Shown: piece after piece, positions 12,567 through 25,905 of the stretch
Layout of the letters: each line of letters starts with the position of its first letter
How positions within the stretch are numbered: the stretch's first letter is position 1
Assembly: GCA_036172245.1 (NCBI GenBank)
Contig: JAYWIR010000003.1
Coordinates: 2,728,001 to 2,792,000 of the forward strand
Direction of reading: 5' to 3'
From: Raillietiella orientalis
Taxonomy: Eukaryota
DNA length: 64,000 nucleotides
Program-made: the position numbers and the translations under genes
The notes under the pieces: model-generated
Told to the model about the DNA's origin: nothing
Databases searched by the model: none
The model's input: the letters and a program-made list of their open reading frames with translations, nothing else

Positions 12567-15500
12567 GCGGGAATCGAGAGGCCTTCGCCATTAGGATTTC
12601 ATAACCTAGGGACAAAATCGGGCTTTCTATGATGCGAAATTCTCGGGAGCACAGAACACATCTCGTAGTTCATCCTTATTTCGCTGTCAGCAAAAAGAGT
12701 TTATCAAAGAGGATTCTCACCCTAAAGATAAATTACACTTTGAAAATGATAATGTCATCGTGAAAGTCAGGCAAGAGGACCGGTAATGTTCGTGTAATCG
12801 GTCCGAGCGCACACGGCGCATGTAGAAATCGTGATGCTGGCGGGCTTCACGGCGACTCGATCCCAAATACGTCATTGGAGAAGCAAATGCTAGATACTGC
12901 TTCAAAGGCTGCTCTTATTTTTCTATGGAGGATGCGGTTTCAGCTCTTCCCTCTTACATGCTAGTGCTTCAAACGACGAAAAAAAAGTGCTTCCATCCAC
13001 AAAATCCGACAAGGAGACAAAATGCTGCCTTCGCTCTGTGCTGCGAGCAGATCTTGGCGTTAGCAGAAAGACTGTCGGATGAGGAAACGTAGGCTTCGTA
13101 AACAAGACCGCATGGATATGCCATGCGACCAATGAGGAAAAGAAAGCTCAGTCTTCTGGGTGTTGGCTAAAAGAGCCAGTGATCATTGAGGTTCCAAATT
13201 TTCACTTCGGAAAGCCATAGTGCCCATGTGGTTTTGCTCAAAAGGCCAACAAGACATCTACAAGATGGTGGTGGTGAGCTGGGCATTCTAGTGCCTGGTA
13301 GTCCATGTCTGTGACAAGAACCTGAGAATACCCAATTTCCTTCCGTTCCTACGTTTTTCATCGTTAGAAGATTTGGATACTTGCTCGAATGTTCTCGATT
13401 GCGAAGCTTCGAATTTTCCTCTTTTTCTCCATTCTCCTGAAATCATGAACTCCCTGAGAACCGCAACTTTCAGGTTCAGTTTATAACTTCATGTGTTTAG
13501 AATTCCCTAAATGCCCATGAATTGGTACGAGGACTTCTTGCTTTTGTGAGTAGTTTTCTCTATCCTGAACTAAAGAGCTGCCTTTCTTTTTTTTCCTTTT
13601 TTTGTTGACCTTGATTGATCTTTTTTTTTTTTGTTACCTTTTTTTGTTTTTATGTTGATTTCATCCACTAGAAAGAAAGGATGACAAAATCACCGTCGTA
13701 TCAAATGCCTCCTAGAAAATGCAAGAACCAGAAGAACATGTCGTTCTATCCAGCATCCACCAAAGGCTCGCCGTGAGCAAAAACCGAATTAACTTTGCCA
13801 TAAAAGTCAATCATAAGAATACGTGACTTTTTCAGCTTTCACTCCATCATTCCGGATTCATAAACACCTACATAGATATCGGACGTTTTTCCATGTTCTA
13901 GAGTAGAATGAAGCAATTTCTGATGCCTCTTCTGCAAGATCAACTGCAGCAGTTCATGAGGATGACCTTCGTGAAGAGCGAACTGCGTACTGACTTCTTC
14001 CACTCTGCTGCTCGACTCTGACAATCCGAGTAAGAATTTACACCTCATTTTCGATCCTCTGCATCCCATAGAGGAAATTCGAACGCAGACGTGCTGGCTA
14101 AAAATTTGACCTGAGATCTGCAAGAGCGCAACTTCAAATTCACATGATTGGAACATATCAAATACGGCAGTTCTGTGAAGTGAAAAGTGCTGCAGGAGCA
14201 TCAGGGAATTTTCGTTCTTTCTTTGCTTGCATTCGAAGGAGCAGCTTAAGGGTCATTATGATGCATTTTAAGGCACCGAAGTTGTCCTTGAATTGAGTGA
14301 TTACGATAAGAAATTACATTTTGCTATCAACCTTCAGGTCAGGGCGTACTGCTAGCGCCAAAGACCTACCCCAACAAGTGCCTTTCTCTCTCTCTCTCCC
14401 CTTTAAACATTCCAATTCTGAAAAAAGGTAAAACGCTCCCCCCATTCTTCAAAGCAGCAAAGTTCCTGCAACGGTCACAGCTTCATGTTTTCGTTTTCAG
14501 AAACCTGTGATACGGTTCCTCTAGCATAAATTTCGCGGTAAATGGCTCCTTGCGCAAGGAATCTCTCGAGTCCTTCACGTCTTTCCCCCTCCCGAAGTTT
14601 CACTAATTTGGCGAACACGGGAGATGACATCTTCTTTAGAAAAATATTCTCAGAATGTTTGTGGAGTGTTTGTAGCTTGAACTCAATCTTTTGAAACAGC
14701 CTCGTTCTGTTTCTGAACAGACCTTGTACACTGGAGTCAATTAATTGACTTTCATGCAACTATTTCAAGACCTTTCGGAAAAATTCAAAAGAAGGGTTTC
14801 AGAGACAGTATCAAGTTTTCTAATGCTTCCTTGGTAAGATCTTCACTCACAGATGAAGGTCTTCCTATAAATGCAGCTCGGAAACCCGAATTTGCTCTTA
14901 CTCAGACTTCAGTATCATCGGAATGACTACTTCCGGTGCCATGCTCGCCAAGCAATGTTCTTCATCTCGCAAAGTGGATCCAATTCTTCAGGCTGTTGTC
15001 GAAGGAGGGCTTCCCCCCCATTTCATCCCATCCGATGCCTTCGATTCTTCTCTACAAGCTACCTCACCTCCTGAAAGGAGCCCAGTTTCAACTAAACTTC
15101 ATCTCAACATGAAATTCGAATTCTGGGATTCCTGAATCCATTGATGCACACATTGATGCACTCGGTTTGCATCCGTTTGCATCCACATAATCTCAACATT
15201 CTGATGAAATGAAATCCCCCCCTATCGTATTTCGTACTGGGAAACACACTCTTGGTAAATTATTTTTCGTTCATGAAATCTGTACAGTCGCACTAGCTGT
15301 GCCAGTTTTCCCAACAATCATTAAATAACATCAGTACACTTTTGCCTTTTTTTTCCCCAAAGGTGTCAGGGAGAGCTGTACTTTTGCTCCTCTACCTGAA
15401 TTCGATTGTGTGGAGCTCAAGGATAAAAAAAAATCTGCCCGCTTCACCTTCCTGAAAACACCTTGTTAGATTGCTCCACGTGGTTCGAATTGGTTACGCC

Positions 15501-16767
15501 TGGTTCTTCGCTACAGTCTCCTCCCATTTTAAGGGTAGAATGTGAAGGGAATCTTTGGTGCCAGTCTTATTAGAACTCGGTCCACCAGTTTGTCATCGCC
15601 TCTGCTTCAGTATGCCTGAGATAGCCTTCAACTATGCACTCAGTCCGCAGACCTTCGAATCAATCACTGCGCTAAGGTGTTTTCAGTTTTGATTCCTTTG
15701 ATTTCTGCAGGGTAGACGAAAGCTCCATCTTTGGAATCAGCTTTTTCTGGATGAGAAGATGAATTAACTCCGGTGAGAAAGCAAAGGCAGTTCCAAGTTG
15801 CTGGAACTCCACTCACGCACTCACCTGCCTTCATCAGGGAAGGAAGAAAATCAATCACGACAAATCAAGTTGAATATCAGCTTGGTATCTTTCCCACTGC
15901 AGCTTCATCTTAGGAAACGACCTTCATGGGTCCAGAATCGAAGGAGTGCTTGAAAAGATAATGAGAGGCAAGAGCATCCGATGAGCACAGATGCAGCTAC
16001 ACAGTCTCCTCTGTCAAGCGGCTTTCTTCATCTCAACCTGTGGATAAGGCTTTAGTATTACAGATTGCAAGCTAGTTTGGCCACAATCTCCCTGAGGGTG
16101 CTTTGTGTTTTAGAACACACTCTGAATTTTTTCACGGTCCACATGAGGGAAACAGTGATGGCGAATGGCTGCGACGCTATTCTTTTCCCATTTTGACGAT
16201 TACTATTGCCAGCAGCTAGCATAAGATGATCAAAGATGAGACAACTACAAAGTCCAAAGAGCTGAGCACTTTCAAAGGCATCATCGGGCAGCTGGAGTGC
16301 ATATAAGTCCTGGGGTGTTAGTCCTATGTAAGTGCAGCTCTGATACAGCTTTTGATATAGCCCGAAAGCATGTGTAGAAGGGTTACCACAAATGCTCATC
16401 AAGAAAAACGCCTAAGGAATGCCTGCTGATGGGGCACTGCATCGTTCCTCATTCTAGAAGTTTCATTGAACAATCGGCAAGATGGAGCTGCTCCAGTAGC
16501 AGTGGAAGAGGATGGAGGTGTCGATCAGTCAGCCTAAGATCTGAGAGTTTTCACGGCTGGATTTGTAGGTCAGATACGTCCTTCCTCACTGTACGATTGC
16601 CAAGGCAACCCTTGCAAAAACTAGACCAGAGAAAGGCTCTTGGATTTCAATCGGTTGCCAGAGACTGCACTTCAGAGCGATTTTTTCTTTTTCCTCTTTC
16701 GTTTCCTTCCCTTTCTGACACCTCAAATCCTCCTAGTACGCATCGGCTCAGAAAAGATGAGGCGAGT

Positions 16768-16824
16768 CTTTAGGTACACCAAATGATCAGCCAAGACTTT
16801 AGGTACACCAAATGATCAGCCAAG
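16768..16824. repeat. Exact 28-bp direct tandem duplication (period 29)
   Basis: CTTTAGGTACACCAAATGATCAGCCAAG at 16768-16795 and 16797-16824. Confidence 0.95.
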
Positions 16825-19800
16825 TTGCATGCCCTCTTAAAGACACTACTGCTGCCTCCTTGTTTCGCCCTTGCGACGGCGATCTGCTTAAGGAGAAACT
16901 CCAACTCATGGGCATCTTCTCAGAGCAGCTGCTACACTCGTTCTGCAGCCGGCAAATGGATTTCTGGACCCAGCAACTAACAAGAAGCCATTGAGATAAA
17001 AACTCTCCAGTCAGGGAGGACATTTAGAGATCTCCCTGGTTTTCTGGAGGCCGATTCGAGTCGTCCTTATGGATCTTCCTTATGCCCGCTAGATTACAAT
17101 GTTTCGTTCTTCTCAGAAAGACCTCATTTGATGAGAACTATATTCTCTTCCTTCCTTCTGAAAGTCTGATAATTTCTAAGAGTACACATGGCGGACCCGA
17201 ATCCTTGACCTTTGAATCTCGATGCTCTTTCCCTTCTTGTTTGAAATATTCCAGTCATTCTTCTTTGTGAGCCCTCTCGCTTCTTCTTTTTCTTATCCAA
17301 ATCTCAGGTCGGATCGCAAGGTCATCTCTCAGTTTCATCTCCATCCTTTTTAAGCCTTTTGAGTTCTGGATAACTGCCGGTCAAGGAGTCGGTCAGTATT
17401 ATGCTGCTTTAGCGGAGTTCACATTCAGGTCTCTTGTGGATTTTGCTTTTTCTCCTTCGAACCCTTAACAGGGTGTGGTATGCAGCTCTCTTGAAGCTTC
17501 GGCATCCATTGGAAGACGCGGGAAACCGATGACCTGTGTCTCTCGCCTTCCAATTTTATTCGTAGAAAATCGGAAAATCCGTGACGCTTTGGATGCTTTT
17601 CAGAACCGGTTTGCTGGCCTTTCAAAATGTTTGCACCTACCGCAGACTGAGGTGGTCCAGGGAAGCACTGGAGTTCATTCAGTAACAAAATCTCTTTGCT
17701 CTTAAAAGAGTTTTGCAAGAGGTTTCAAAGAATGATAACAAAAGGCGCAGAGGCATGAGGGGAAAACAAACAGAAGATGAAAAACTGAATGCTGTTAAAG
17801 ATACATCAAGAAAGCATCATTGAGTCCTGACGAAGCAGACATGACTCTCCTCTTCGTCCACTGAAGTGGAGATTCCACTGTTTAGGGAGACACTGGAAAT
17901 GGTGCAACCCTTACAAGCAGATATCAGGTACCGACGGAACCATACGCATCCGTCGCAGCATCTGAACTTGATCACCGTGGATTTCCAGCCTCCTATTTTC
18001 ACTCTGCAAATGCCTCGTTCCCCTTTTCGGATTTTTTCATGCGGTTAATTCGAGCAAAGGCGAACTCTTCCGATGGACCCAGAATTGAGCTCCGCGTAGC
18101 CTTAGGATGCTTTCTGAATCTTCTAGAAATTCGCCAATAAGAAACAGGAAGAGTTCTCCGTTCCGAAGAGCTCCCTAGAAAATTGTCCTGCCTCACAAGC
18201 AAGTCTCAGGCGCCGCCGTAAACATGCTCGTTGTAAAAAGCTCGGAAGTGGGAAACTTTTGTTCCATGACGATGTTTCTTCCTGAATGATCTTCATCTTG
18301 GATTAGAGGTGTCTTTGTGTTTGGAGGCATGCAGAGACGTGCTTTTCGCATGCTCTTCTTTTTTCTTTTCGAAGTGAGGCCACTTGTTGGGACGAGTCAA
18401 AAGACACATAGCAAGAAAAGGAAACACTCGGAAAGTGCCTTGTCCACCAACGGGATCCTGGTGTGCAATCTGTTCGGCGTGGCTTCGGGTGAAAATGGTT
18501 GGCAGTTGCAGGGATGCTGTCGGATCCGGAGATTTCTTTCTTTGTTGGCTCCTGAAAAGACATCTCGTCTCTCTCTTTAGTATGTTGCCCTCGGATAGGT
18601 GAGATCCAAAGCAGTGATGACTTGACTGTTCTGCAAATTGGCAAATAGTAGTAGGGTGAAAATTTCATTCTTCTCGTGGCGGCTGAAGGCAGTCGATCAG
18701 CTGGTTTAGTTGTTAGGATTGGGATTTAGTTGCTAGTTTTATGAAAAACGATTCACAAAGTTCTATAGTTCCAACGGATCAACAGTTAAGTAACGTTTTA
18801 GGACTCGAAGAGAATTCTAAATTAATCACCCCCTCAACTCTCCTTCTAGGGCGCAGAAATACTTTCCATGACTGTGCCTTTATTCTGGAGGAAAGCAGCA
18901 ATTATTAAATAAGAAGAGAACATGCAAATTCGGCAGAATAAGGCGATTCGAGTTGAACGTCCCGAGCTGAATCTTTTCACTTCTCCTTCACTCTGAAGAA
19001 TTCTCATTAGAATTTGCGTCTCCGTTCACTGTCTTCTTTTCAAAGAAGACTTTGCGGAACTCGTTCATTTCTGCCATGAAATTCCACCGCTTGCGTCCGT
19101 CCCGTCTTCAAGGCTTCATGAGCAGATCTCACAGATCGTCACTCGAATGAGTTCTCCCTTGAGGCCAGAAAGCGCGTCCCAAAAGTTAAGAGCATCTCGC
19201 GAGCTCGCAATTTTCTGGTTCGAAAGCGTCGAAGCTACAAAAATTTTTTTTTCTACTTCCACCCTCATATCGCCTACCCTCTCCAAGGCAAAGAAGGCAT
19301 ACATTGCCTGTGGCAGTTCCGATGACTTTTTCGAGAAAACGGTTTCAAGCTTCCCCATGGCTTCATCACACTCTTTGATGAGCCCGCATTTTGGAAATCC
19401 AGAAACCCCTGGGTATGGACACCGCTGCACATGAGACGCTATTGCACCCACGTTCCAATTATGGGTGAAATTGGAATCGCCGATCAGCTTGCGATTGGCG
19501 AAAACTCGGAACGCGCGAGATGGCATCCGAAAAAACGCAGTGAAGGGCAAATGAAAAATCAGCCGAATCGAAGAACTGGTTTGGCTTCCTCGGGGTGTGA
19601 CCTTAAAAAAGCAGAAAACGTCAGCGAAAATTCGGCATAATTCTTCGTTCTTGGTAGCAATCAAGAATACATGCTGGCGACAAAGTCATGATAATAGGAG
19701 CCATTCTCTCCTGAAGAGAGTACTAAAAGATCTGGGGTTCAAGAAAAGCATCAGGATTCGAGTCTTCAGAATCTCTTGGACACGAAAAGCTTTTCTGCCA

Positions 19801-20700
19801 TTCTGAGGACATTCGAATTCCGTCGGATAAGAAATAAAGAATGCCCCAGAATTGCTCGACTTTGATCTCGCTTTCGGATGGTCCGTCATTGGACTCTCTA
19901 ATTTCATAGCATTGGTGTGCTGAAGTCAGTTACTGAAACCTATTTTCGATTTAATTGGAACGACTGGAGACCATTTACACCACTGTACTATACCGGTAAT
20001 ACCATTTCTTCCTTTCTCTTCTTCGTAAGCATCCATGAGTAGAATTATCCCCTTTGCTCTATCATATCCCAGCTAAAAGACAACTTGGGACCCACCCCAT
20101 CGACGTTGGATCTTCCAAAGACGAAGGAATTCAAGTATAAGGCTGCGATTTTCCGATGTCATGAGTTTTGATATTCTTCTAAAAATGCTCGTGCAGGAAG
20201 CAGCAGGAATCAACTGTGCCGTCGTAACTTACCAAATTTACTCAAGGAAGTCATGGCAAGTGGTAGGAAATAAGAGAGATGGCAGGGGATGACTGCAATC
20301 ACGGAAAGCAAGGTTTTTGCTCCAGGAAAGGAATTGAATTCGTGACGATGCGCAAAATTTGTACACATAAGGACACACCCTTTCGGTATTTGCCGGAAAG
20401 CCATCACTCGATGTCCCGGTATTTCCTTTGCAATACAGGAACCCGAAGTACTTATGCTGCGTCCAGGTGGAGACCGACTGCATGCAGGTGGACCTCGGCA
20501 GTGCAAGAAAACTCTCTAATTCTGCCTTTGAAATTCGAAACGATCCTCAAACTGGGTTGGGTTGCGCGAAACTAAAAGCCACAAGATACGAACAGCAATT
20601 TTCGACCAACTAGTCGTGTTTTCAGACATGTCCCCTCACTTCAGGATTGCCCAAGAGAACGAAGCCCTCAAGTGAATGTGACTTTCCAATATAATTGTAA

Positions 20701-20706
20701 TTTATT
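20701..20706 (-). terminator. Probable abd-A polyadenylation signal AATAAA
   Basis: Plus-strand TTTATT is the first AATAAA I found on the minus strand downstream of the stop, about 720 nt away. Confidence 0.5.
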
Positions 20707-20714
20707 TTGATAGG

Positions 20715-20722
20715 TACGTATA
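20715..20722 (-). promoter_or_regulatory. miR-iab-8-5p 7mer seed site (ATACGTA) overlapping miR-iab-4-5p 6mer site (TATACG) in putative abd-A 3'UTR
   Basis: Minus strand reads TATACGTA. It is complementary to seeds UACGUAU (iab-8-5p nt 2-8) and CGUAUA (iab-4-5p nt 2-7). abd-A is a known miR-iab-8 target in Drosophila. Confidence 0.5.
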
Positions 20723-21428
20723 TAGGCATAGAGGATGTCTTCCCATACTGCAGCACTCATCATCGGCACGGTGTAGAACCCAGAAATGCAGAATGGAAGT
20801 TTGAAACACAAAATGAGGACGTTGCTTTCCAGATGCGACAGATGAGTCTTATCTGCAAGGGAGGAGAGTTCTTGGAGTTTCAAGCCCAATGCTTCTTTGC
20901 AAAATGGTCAGTTGCTGAGGGAGAGACCTTCAGTGTCTTGGCAAAGGTTCGTTGTGATTGCATCCGCTGATGAGAATCCGAGGAAGCTTTTCTCCCTTCA
21001 GCGTTCCTGGATTCAATTGACCGCCGTCAGTAGCACCCTTCATGGCAAGCCAAGATCATTCAGACAGAGTCATGGAAGCGAGCAGAGTAATCCTCGTGGG
21101 TGACCAACGATCTAGAGAGGGTACATCTCTGGAAATCTTAGACGGGAAAAGAAATTCCGATGTTTTCACTGGCTAAAATTTTCAAGGGTTTGCTGGGGTG
21201 AAACGCAGGAAACGGTCTCCAGGGGCATGAGAGCTAAGAAACAACACTGTTACTGTTTATCCTTTTCGACTGAATTCAATCAAATTTGGAATAACTCGGA
21301 ACTAAGGTTTCCCTTTTTGTACATGGGAAACCTTGAGCGCAGAAGGCACTCGGAGCTCGTGAACTTCTGATTGGATGCAAATGAGCAAATCTTGGAAACG
21401 AGTGCAGATGAATCGCATGACTCTCTCA

Positions 21429-21770
<342 letters not shown>

Positions 21771-23539
21771 TTAAATGAAAATGCGTCAAGTCACCACACG
21801 AGAGCGGTTATTTAATAGGCACACACGCTGGCATAGCCATTCTGGCAGATGAATGTCTACTTTTTTTTTTTTAAAATAAATACTCGGTATTGATTACTTG
21901 TATAACTTATCGAACAGACTCTACATAACAGGAAAGGAATCCATATTTGCGTTCTTTAAATCCCGTTTTTTTTCCTAGGAGAAGGCCCCTGGCTAATAAC
22001 TGTAAAACTATAAAAGTGATCCATGGTTTAATTTGATTTTACTGTTTTTATGAATTCAGATTCCGTATTACCCACACAGTGACCATAAAATTTATGGTAA
22101 GATATGTGTGATCAAACTTCATTGGTTATGTTGCTAATGACAAGGTGGTCCCAATACCTTCCCCCGGGATGAGACTTCCAACAGGAGTTGGTTTCTTGTT
22201 ATAAAATGTGGACACTCATCAAACAAAAAAGCATGACAAATGCCGTCTACCAATTAGTTTTGCTCGAATCTCTTCACAAAAACGTGGTTGCGAATGGATT
22301 GCCTCGTCCAGCCACCTCGGAGACCGACGAGAAACAGTAAGGATAAGATGCATGCCTGATGTCGTTGTCGTGTGGAATAAGAATTGATTTCGGAACAGTG
22401 CCGTCTCGCTTTGCTGGATGTTTCGTTGGGCTTGGAATAGGGGAAGTTATCTTCTTTTTTTTTTTTTTCCTGTCTTTTATTCCATGCACTCACGCATGAA
22501 AGTGCTCGAGTCGAGATCGGTTGTTGCATAGATCCGTGCCGAAGAACAAGACCTCTCTCAAGGCTTCGAATTTCTCCAATTATCTGATTATCGCAACGGA
22601 GCAGGAGATGAAAGTTCCGTTCCTTTCGATCACTCCACGGCATAGCAACGCATCTGAAGGCGGAAGGAGCATGCGATCGTGTACGTGATGGTTGCATGAA
22701 TTGAGAGTTTAAGCAATGCTCCCTTTGCAAGAAAGTACTTTTGTTTGTTTGTTCATCCACGTACAAACGAACCGTTTGTTGCATTTTTAAAACTTGACTC
22801 TTTCTGAGGGTAAACTGGCAAGCTTCGAGCAAACGAAAGCAGACTCAAAGTCTGCACCGTGGTGGTGCCTGTCGTCATGGCACCATTTGCAACTTCAACT
22901 CGCTCAAACACGTCTCCGATGTCGATTTTGATTTCGATCCGATTTCAATAGGGATCCCCTCTACTTTGGCTATTCTTTGGAGTTCCACGGACTGCATGGG
23001 AGCCAGTTTTAGATTGCCGAGTTCTTCTCTCTCTCCCCTTCCCCCCTCTTTTCGGAGTTTACGTGTGGTGACGGGCATGAAATTCACACGAATTTCGAGT
23101 TTTCAAAGTCTTCAGGAAAGCACACACCACTCTTTCAAGAGACTCGCGTTCCGAGTTCACCCGCGCAAGGAGGAATCGTGAAATCGGAGACCGAAGAAAA
23201 CATTTGCTTTTCGGCACTCGCGCATCCTCGGTGCGTTACGAACATGGCAGCGCGAGAATTACAGCGCCAGCGAGGGTGATCGCTTTGATTACCGATACTG
23301 TCATTCCTCTGAAACCTTTTCCCAGTGCCGTTCCAACTGATGCAATCCTTTGAAATGCTTCTATCGTTCATTCAGTCGAGCAACTCGATTTGTTGCTCTG
23401 ATGCTGTGCGCAGAATGTTCCCAGGATCACTCCTGGAATTTCGTCGGAAATGGCTGACGTGCTGGGTTCCTCTTTTTTTCGAGAAAACTTGTGTCCGGAG
23501 CTCACTAAACGTACGTTACAGCGCATTTCTGGGAATATG

Positions 23540-23649
23540 CCAACAATGCTTTTCAGATATTCCAACAATGCTTTTCACATATTGCGACAATGCTTCGCAA
23601 ATACGCCAACAATGCTGAGCTAATATTGCAGCAACGCGTTGCGAATATT
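23540..23649. repeat. Degenerate 22-bp minisatellite, 5 units, inside the abd-A intron
   Basis: ccaacaatgcttttcagatatt / ccaacaatgcttttcacatatt / gcgacaatgcttcgcaaatacg / ccaacaatgctgagctaatatt / gcagcaacgcgttgcgaatatt. Confidence 0.85.
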
Positions 23650-25880
23650 AATGTACAGTCACGTGCTTTAGCAATCCCAGGATAAACAACGACAACGAAT
23701 TCGCACGAGCCGCATCTTAACACTGACTTTGCCCACGTCATCTCTCACCCACCGTCGAAATTCCTTACTCGCGGCAAAATTCTCGGGTAAATGGAAAAAG
23801 CGGTCGGAAAAAAGCATGAAATCTCCATGGCAGCGGTGTTCCCATGTACATAACAATTTATCCGAATACAGGACATTCTCCCAGGAGAGTACACCAGATC
23901 CTTCGTGTAGGAACTTATCTTGAGATGCAGTTTCCTCGGAATCGTGTCTTTCGGAAAACTTCGTAAAACCGTGCACGTATTTCCCATTGCCCTTCTCCAT
24001 GCAGCGCATCTTCTAGATTCGGTTGCAGGAACATTGAAGCTGTTCAATAACAAGATAAACTCTTGATTCTACTTTGCTTCACTACGGGCATCAAGTTCTC
24101 AGGTGGCAACCACCGACTCTCTGTCGATGGGAGACCAACTCAAGAAAACAGAAGGAAGGAGGGTTGCTGAGATGCTTCTTGCGACCTGGCAGTAACCAGT
24201 CTTCTATTCGGATCGAAGCAACTTTCTTATGATCATGGACCTGTTAGCTGGATGAAACTACGTCCGGACGATTAAAGTCAATTCTGCGACATAATTCTTG
24301 CCCGCTGCTCCACTTTCCTTCCAAAAGCATTAGGTTCAGGCAGCATGCAACACCTGCGTGTTCGTGAAATATGCCCCTGTAATGATAGCGCTGAAAGATT
24401 TAAGCATCTTCGTTCCTCGTGCTAAATGATAACTATTTCGTAAGTCTCGCAGAATTTCCATCACAAATCCGGGGTTGCCTACCTTCCTGCTCGAGCCACT
24501 TTGACGGTGGGTTCGAATGCTTCGGCTAGGACCTCGGCGAAACCCTCGAAATTTCCCGACCGTCGCCTTTGAGTTGAACGATAAGCCGAATCGCACGAGC
24601 GCAGGTCCCGAGAAGCTGAAGATCATCCGGATTTGCTTCAGCCGAAGTACCCAAGAAAAGATTCCTTCCTTCGAGGTTGCCGTAACAGGTTCTCTCCTCT
24701 GAATTCGCAATCGGGGAGAGCTGTGGTGGGTGCTCAAGGAATGGTGCGGCTAGCGGAGGATAGCGCGAGATGGCGAGTGATGTGGAAGCCGAGCGTTCTC
24801 CAAGTAGACGACGGGTCCAAGCTTTTGCTCCTCGAACTCCCGGCGGGACCCGTGTGTCTCCTTGCGAAGGGATCCTGCAATAACTGTTTTTTTTTTTTTT
24901 TTTTTTCCTGTCTCCCTCTTCTTTTCAAGTTCCGTTTTTCGCCACCGGTTGCTGCATCTTGGCGAGAAATCCGCTGTTACGATCTGATGCCACTCCTGGC
25001 CGAATTCGTGGTCGCATCCTTTCCAACTCATCTTTCCTTCCCCTGTTACGCATCCTGGCATAATCAGCTTCTGGGTTCCTTACGTTCTGAGGAGCTGCGA
25101 TCCTGTGCGATCCAAATTTCTATAAATGCGCCGCGAGTCATGCTAATTTTATGTAGATGAAAAGTAATTGGCGTCCTTGGAAACCGCATAACGGGATTCA
25201 CCCATGAAAACACGTGAAAGATGGGGGAAACTCCAAGACCCCAAGATTTTCTTCATTGTATTTCCAGCAAATAATTTTTCCTCGCCGGGAACTCCAATCA
25301 GAATCGGTGGACCCCTGCATCCCGAGGCGGTCCATACAAGTTATGGAAACCCAAGTTATTTCGATCTGAGTGCGAAATCGCGGGATCCCTTCCCTTCGGT
25401 TGGAATTTCGTACCTTTCCAAAGGTCAAAAATTGAATGGATGGACCATGTGGAACTCATTTGCATCCAGACCAATGGGAACAAAGTGAGGGGGGTATCGG
25501 TGGGAGAAGAAGCGTCCCGTTAACTCTTCCGAGAGCAAAATTCGCTTCGTAAATGTTGCTGTTTGGGAGGAGCGCGGACCGAGAGCCACATGGCACCACC
25601 TCGAGGATCCCGCGTCGTGCCAAACGGAAAAGAGAGGAGCTTTCGTGAAAAGCGAGCGTTTCGACGGGGCGCTGGCGCCCGGCGCGGAACAGCACGGCTG
25701 CTGCCGGAGGTTTTGTTTGCCAGGACCGTCGATGGGCGGCGCAGCTTCCCTTTACGAGATCTTTGGAAACGTGGGGATTCCTTGGGATTCGGGGGGCGGC
25801 GGCACAGTGGAAGAGACCAGGAAAAATCGATTAGGAAGGGCGTTCGCTTCTGTCGTCTACTGCGCGCGTGCGAGGGCTAC

Positions 25881-25905
25881 CACACACTCACACACACACA
25901 CACAC
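25881..25905. repeat. (CA)n microsatellite, one interruption
   Basis: cacacactcacacacacacacacac. Confidence 0.9.

Noticed and set aside
23540..23649. Periodic repeats as a possible CRISPR array
   Set aside because: Contiguous units without unique spacers, in a eukaryotic intron, with no cas genes.
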